Of a stretch of DNA of 64,000 bases, positions 60,237 to 64,000 are shown piece after piece. The stretch is from assembly GCA_032718475.1 (NCBI GenBank), contig JAUCBJ010004059.1, positions 1 through 64,000 of the forward strand. Reading direction: 5' to 3'. The DNA comes from Nemertoderma westbladi. Its lineage: Eukaryota > Animalia > Xenacoelomorpha. The translations under genes were made by a program, and so were the position numbers. Numbering within the stretch: position 1 is the first letter of the stretch; the number at the start of each line of letters is the position of its first letter. The notes beneath the pieces were generated by a model. It ran no database searches, was not told the origin of the DNA, and was given only the letters and a program-made list of their open reading frames with translations.

Positions 60237-61270
60237 CTCGTGTCGTAAAATTGGGCTGGACAAACCAAAATTGTTTTTCTACTAATCTAAATGAAATCTT
60301 AAACATTAAAGTTTCAAATTTTATGCGATTTCATTTCATTAAGATTTGTAGGAAAATGATGCCCCAGGGGGGGTCCAGGTCTCTGAATTACGACCCTATA
60401 TTTCAGGTGTAGTCACTAGAAATTGTCCTACTTATGAAATAACATTAACTTTTACTTAGATTTACAGTGTAACCATCCATCTAAATGTCAGTATCGCTTT
60501 ATATTAATAAATAAATATTACCTTTTATTCACTGTTTTAGTGTTTATGTAATTATCCATTCCCAATCGTACACAGTGTTTTCTTTTGGTGCATTTTTATT
60601 CGTGTTTTTAATAAAATATTGTCGTATAACTGTTATTTATTATAACTTGATAGTCATACGTTACAGACTAACTGTTCATTATTTCGCGTAAATATTTATT
60701 ACGTTACAGTGGCTCTAAATTATTATTATCTTAATAATGACTATTTATGGGGAGAGCCACGGAGTTAGTGAGCTTCAGCATACAGTACCGGGCGAAGTCG
60801 ACATTGTCCGTCTTTCCAACCCAATAACTCATTGAATGCGAATATCTCTGTATCGCGTGGTGTAGGGGAGGGAGTCCAACACACACATGGGGGGAGTGCA
60901 GGCTACATATGGACGTTTCCGGTTTATATTTTAAAAAGCGATGAAACATCCGCATTAGATTTGATAAAACGGAAGGTTTAATTTATTATTAATGTGTTAA
61001 TAGCTGTATATTATTCAGTACTTAAATTATTATTTATATTTATCGTTGTAAATTTATTAATTAGTTGTAATTACATATTACATCATTATATTAATTATTA
61101 TATAATATTGAGCTGATAGAAAAACAATTACGTATTTGCTATGCTACAACAAAAGTTCGGCGCGGGGGGGGGGGGGGGGGGGGGGTACAGCAATAACTTA
61201 CCCAGGTACAGAATCAACTCGCCCAAATACATTCAGCAGTACCTCGGTAACTCCTCCAGTAGTAACTCAC

Positions 61271-61458
61271 CTAAGTACAGAAGTAACTTTATCTCCCGCC
61301 GTTGTTTACTGAGTCCTATAGGGTCGGTTACGTTGGCTGGAAATAAATCAGTCCAATTAGAAGTCGAGTTAGAGCCGTTGAACCAATAGCCTTCATTCAC
61401 CAAACCTTCTACCTCAATATCGTATGATTGGTTCATCACGCTACCGCTAGATGGTGCC
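61271..61458 (-). CDS. SLC49A4: SLC49A4/DIRC2-like internal exon (luminal loop; phase 2 to 1)
   Basis: TTTTGTTCTAG|G...TTA G|GTGAGT. RREIKLLLYL+G joins AA at 47015 to give LLYLEFG, compared with DIRC2 RIEAVLYAEFG. Confidence 0.75.
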
Positions 61459-62334
61459 CTAGAACAAAATATAAACATTTCTTCTAAAAGTGCCAAATTT
61501 ATTTCTCAAAATGTTCAATTTGTGTTCCATTTATAAATAAGCTAAATTCAATGGTAACTCAAAATGTGTGCTACAGCATAGTTCATTTTGTACTGTATCA
61601 TGTTGTTAGATAGCAGGTATCGGTAATCTACAAAGTTTACAAAATTTCAAACAACATTTTAGCAATGTTCCTCATCATGGATTTAATTAATTATCGTGTA
61701 AAAAGACGCGCAAGACGCTCCGCTTTCAATTGATATAAACCACGTGTGAAATGATTGAGATTTAATGTGTATTATTGAATCGATCGAAAATCTATATTCA
61801 TAGAAACCAAGATAAGAAAATATCAGATCACTTAGTAGTGACATCAAATCTGTGGCAATCAATCACAACCGATTTACACCGCTACCCGCGCTTACTTAAA
61901 CCCACCATTTCGACCGTTTCCTCGTGTTTTTACAAAAAAATACAACCCCCCACTCGATTCAACGCACCTCTTTACCAGTTTTGTTGCACGAAGGCCCCAC
62001 CCGTGTCATTAGCAACACGTATTTTCTAGGACATAACACCACAAATTACTGAATTCCGAGATTCTTAATTAAAGACTTTGATGGGGTTGAAGTATTATTC
62101 TGAATTATAAAGACAATTTCAATTGGTAGAAATCAATGTGAGGGCTCATGTTTCTTAATTTGTTATTAAATTTTCGAGATCTCAGTTTCTTATACAAAGG
62201 AATACTTACAGCCAGTCAGTACTAATGGCACCAGAACAGGTGCACTAAACTGTTAGTGGTAGGTATAATACCGGTAGGTCAATACCAATAGCAGATAATT
62301 AGTTTCAATTTAAAACATCAAAAAGTTTACTTAC

Positions 62335-62344
62335 CTTTTTGTAC
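62335..62344 (-). CDS. Candidate 10-nt micro-exon of the SLC49A4-like gene
   Basis: CCTTTTTCCAG|GTACAAAAAG|GTAAGT; splices to 61458 without a stop (xGT ACA AAA AG|G). Confidence 0.5.
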
Positions 62345-63729
62345 CTGGAAAAAGGTGTTGCATCGCAAAATGCTTAGGATGTAAGGTAACAAACAAATAG
62401 TACGCATATTTATTTTTTTTACTAAAAACAGAAAACCACTTAGCTGTCAGCTCGCATAACTCCAATTTTTTATTGTCACTAGGTTATATCATATAAATAA
62501 TGTTTCCACATAAGGGGGGGGGGGGGGAAATAAAACTATAACTTGTTCTGTTGATTTTAGTTTATTGTTTTGGTTAGAATAACGTACCACTGTATCCTGA
62601 TCCTTTCCATAAATTGATAATAAATATATTTATATATATAAAAAAATATATTTATTCGCCGACATGAAATGATCGTCCAGTCCCCCCACCCTCTCTCAAT
62701 GTTTCATAAGAGATTTGCTTTAATCATGACTAATTTAGCTTATTTCCAGATATTGCTCATACAAGATAACAAAATATTAATTTAATTAATTATAAATAAA
62801 ACAAAATCACACGCGGAACTCTCACAACAGGCGTCTGCACCAGAAGTCTGCGCCAGGTGGCTGCACCGGTTTCTGCACCAGTTTCTGCAGCAGTGTGTCT
62901 GCACCAGGTGTCTGCTTAATGTTAACACCATTTCAGACTATTAGACAGACTTACATGTGTATATCAAGTTTGGTTTCAAATATTCAATCTAAGATTGACT
63001 GAATTATTAGGCCCGCCGCAAAAAATTCGCAATAATTTTTGAACCAAAATTTGGGTGAAAAATTATTTTCAAGGATTAAAGTATTTTGAAAAATTTTAAA
63101 ACGAGATATAGGCCTATGTTATTCCGGGATAATTTCCTTTAGAGTTTGAACACTCTGGGGTCTCTCAATTGGTTAGTGCTGTTTGGCAATAAGGCCGCAG
63201 CACACCACCTCACTAAAATTATCTATATAGGGGTGGTATCGGTATATCGGTGATTCCATTTCCGACGTCAGTTTTAATCCGTCTGAAGTCGATGTCAGCC
63301 TTGACATAGCGGTAAAATTAGTTGACCGTCTGTCGCCGCCATTGGAAATGTTTGAACGTTAATAGCCGGTCGCTACTTGGTACACATGGTGTAGTCTATC
63401 AAAAGATTAGAAATTCCACACACAGACAGGCTTATATGGTTCCTCTGTCAGCCGCCAGGGGGCGAATTGTAAAAACCTAGAAGTAGCTAATTTATTGAAC
63501 CAATAAGTGATGTTGTCTACTATCTCGTTGCATTATCAATTGTAATTGCAATTATCAATTCGATAAAAACAGAATTTTTAAATCAGTTTGTCAGTTTACA
63601 ATATTTTCTTTAATCGCTCGAAAATCAAAACTGTAGTCATATAGCTCTACTTATATTATATCATGTTTCGCACATTCCAGAATATAAAATTGCACTTAAT
63701 AGTGTTTAACATCATAGTTAGAGGCCTAC

Positions 63730-63875
63730 AGAAGCCAGCTGCAGAAACAGGTCCAGTGCAGACACTTTCGAACAAAGGATTTAGATTGACCATAGAATAA
63801 GCTATAATAAACTTAAAGGATATCATTCTTGAGCATGTGGATGGATGACTTCTGCTACTTGGGATCATGGATCCG
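63730..63875 (+). pseudogene. Short decayed RTE RT fragment
   Basis: DDFCYLGSWI, compared with DDFQYLGSWI in the 35.7-kb RTE. Confidence 0.45.
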
Positions 63876-64000
63876 AAAGTCAGGTGAACCTTCGAATACG
63901 TTAAGGGTAAGGCATGGGTAGCATTGAATGGGCTGTCCAGGATTTAAAAGTCATATATAATAAAACGGAATCATATAGTTCGAATATTTAGGAGAGCCCA

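Overview
This is eukaryotic, animal-like genomic DNA: AT-rich, with spliceosomal introns and dense repeats. It is not prokaryotic and has no CRISPR array. Four genes appear complete: TDP-43/TARDBP (+, 2 exons, 8-kb intron), IPMK (+, intronless), GTF3C5 (-, 2 exons) and DENND11 (+, 3 exons). A fifth gene is hidden. Scattered minus-strand exons of an SLC49A4/DIRC2-like MFS transporter (62.3, 61.4, 47.0 and 46.0 kb) splice in phase, so GTF3C5 (same strand) and DENND11 (antisense) sit inside one of its introns, and IPMK and TARDBP may too. One exon end of this transporter, with its splice donor, has been amplified into a roughly 20-copy 87-bp array. Mobile DNA includes a Bel/Pao remnant, a 5.2-kb foldback element, a Transib with V(D)J RSS-like asymmetric ends and a 5-bp TSD, a CRE-like retroelement nested in that Transib, a CR1/L2-type LINE with a candidate -1 frameshift site between ORF1 and ORF2, RTE and L2-type LINE remnants, MULE and Tc1-type MITEs, tRNA-derived SINEs and several minisatellites. 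All calls come from reading the sequence and from remembered protein family motifs; no database searches were run.
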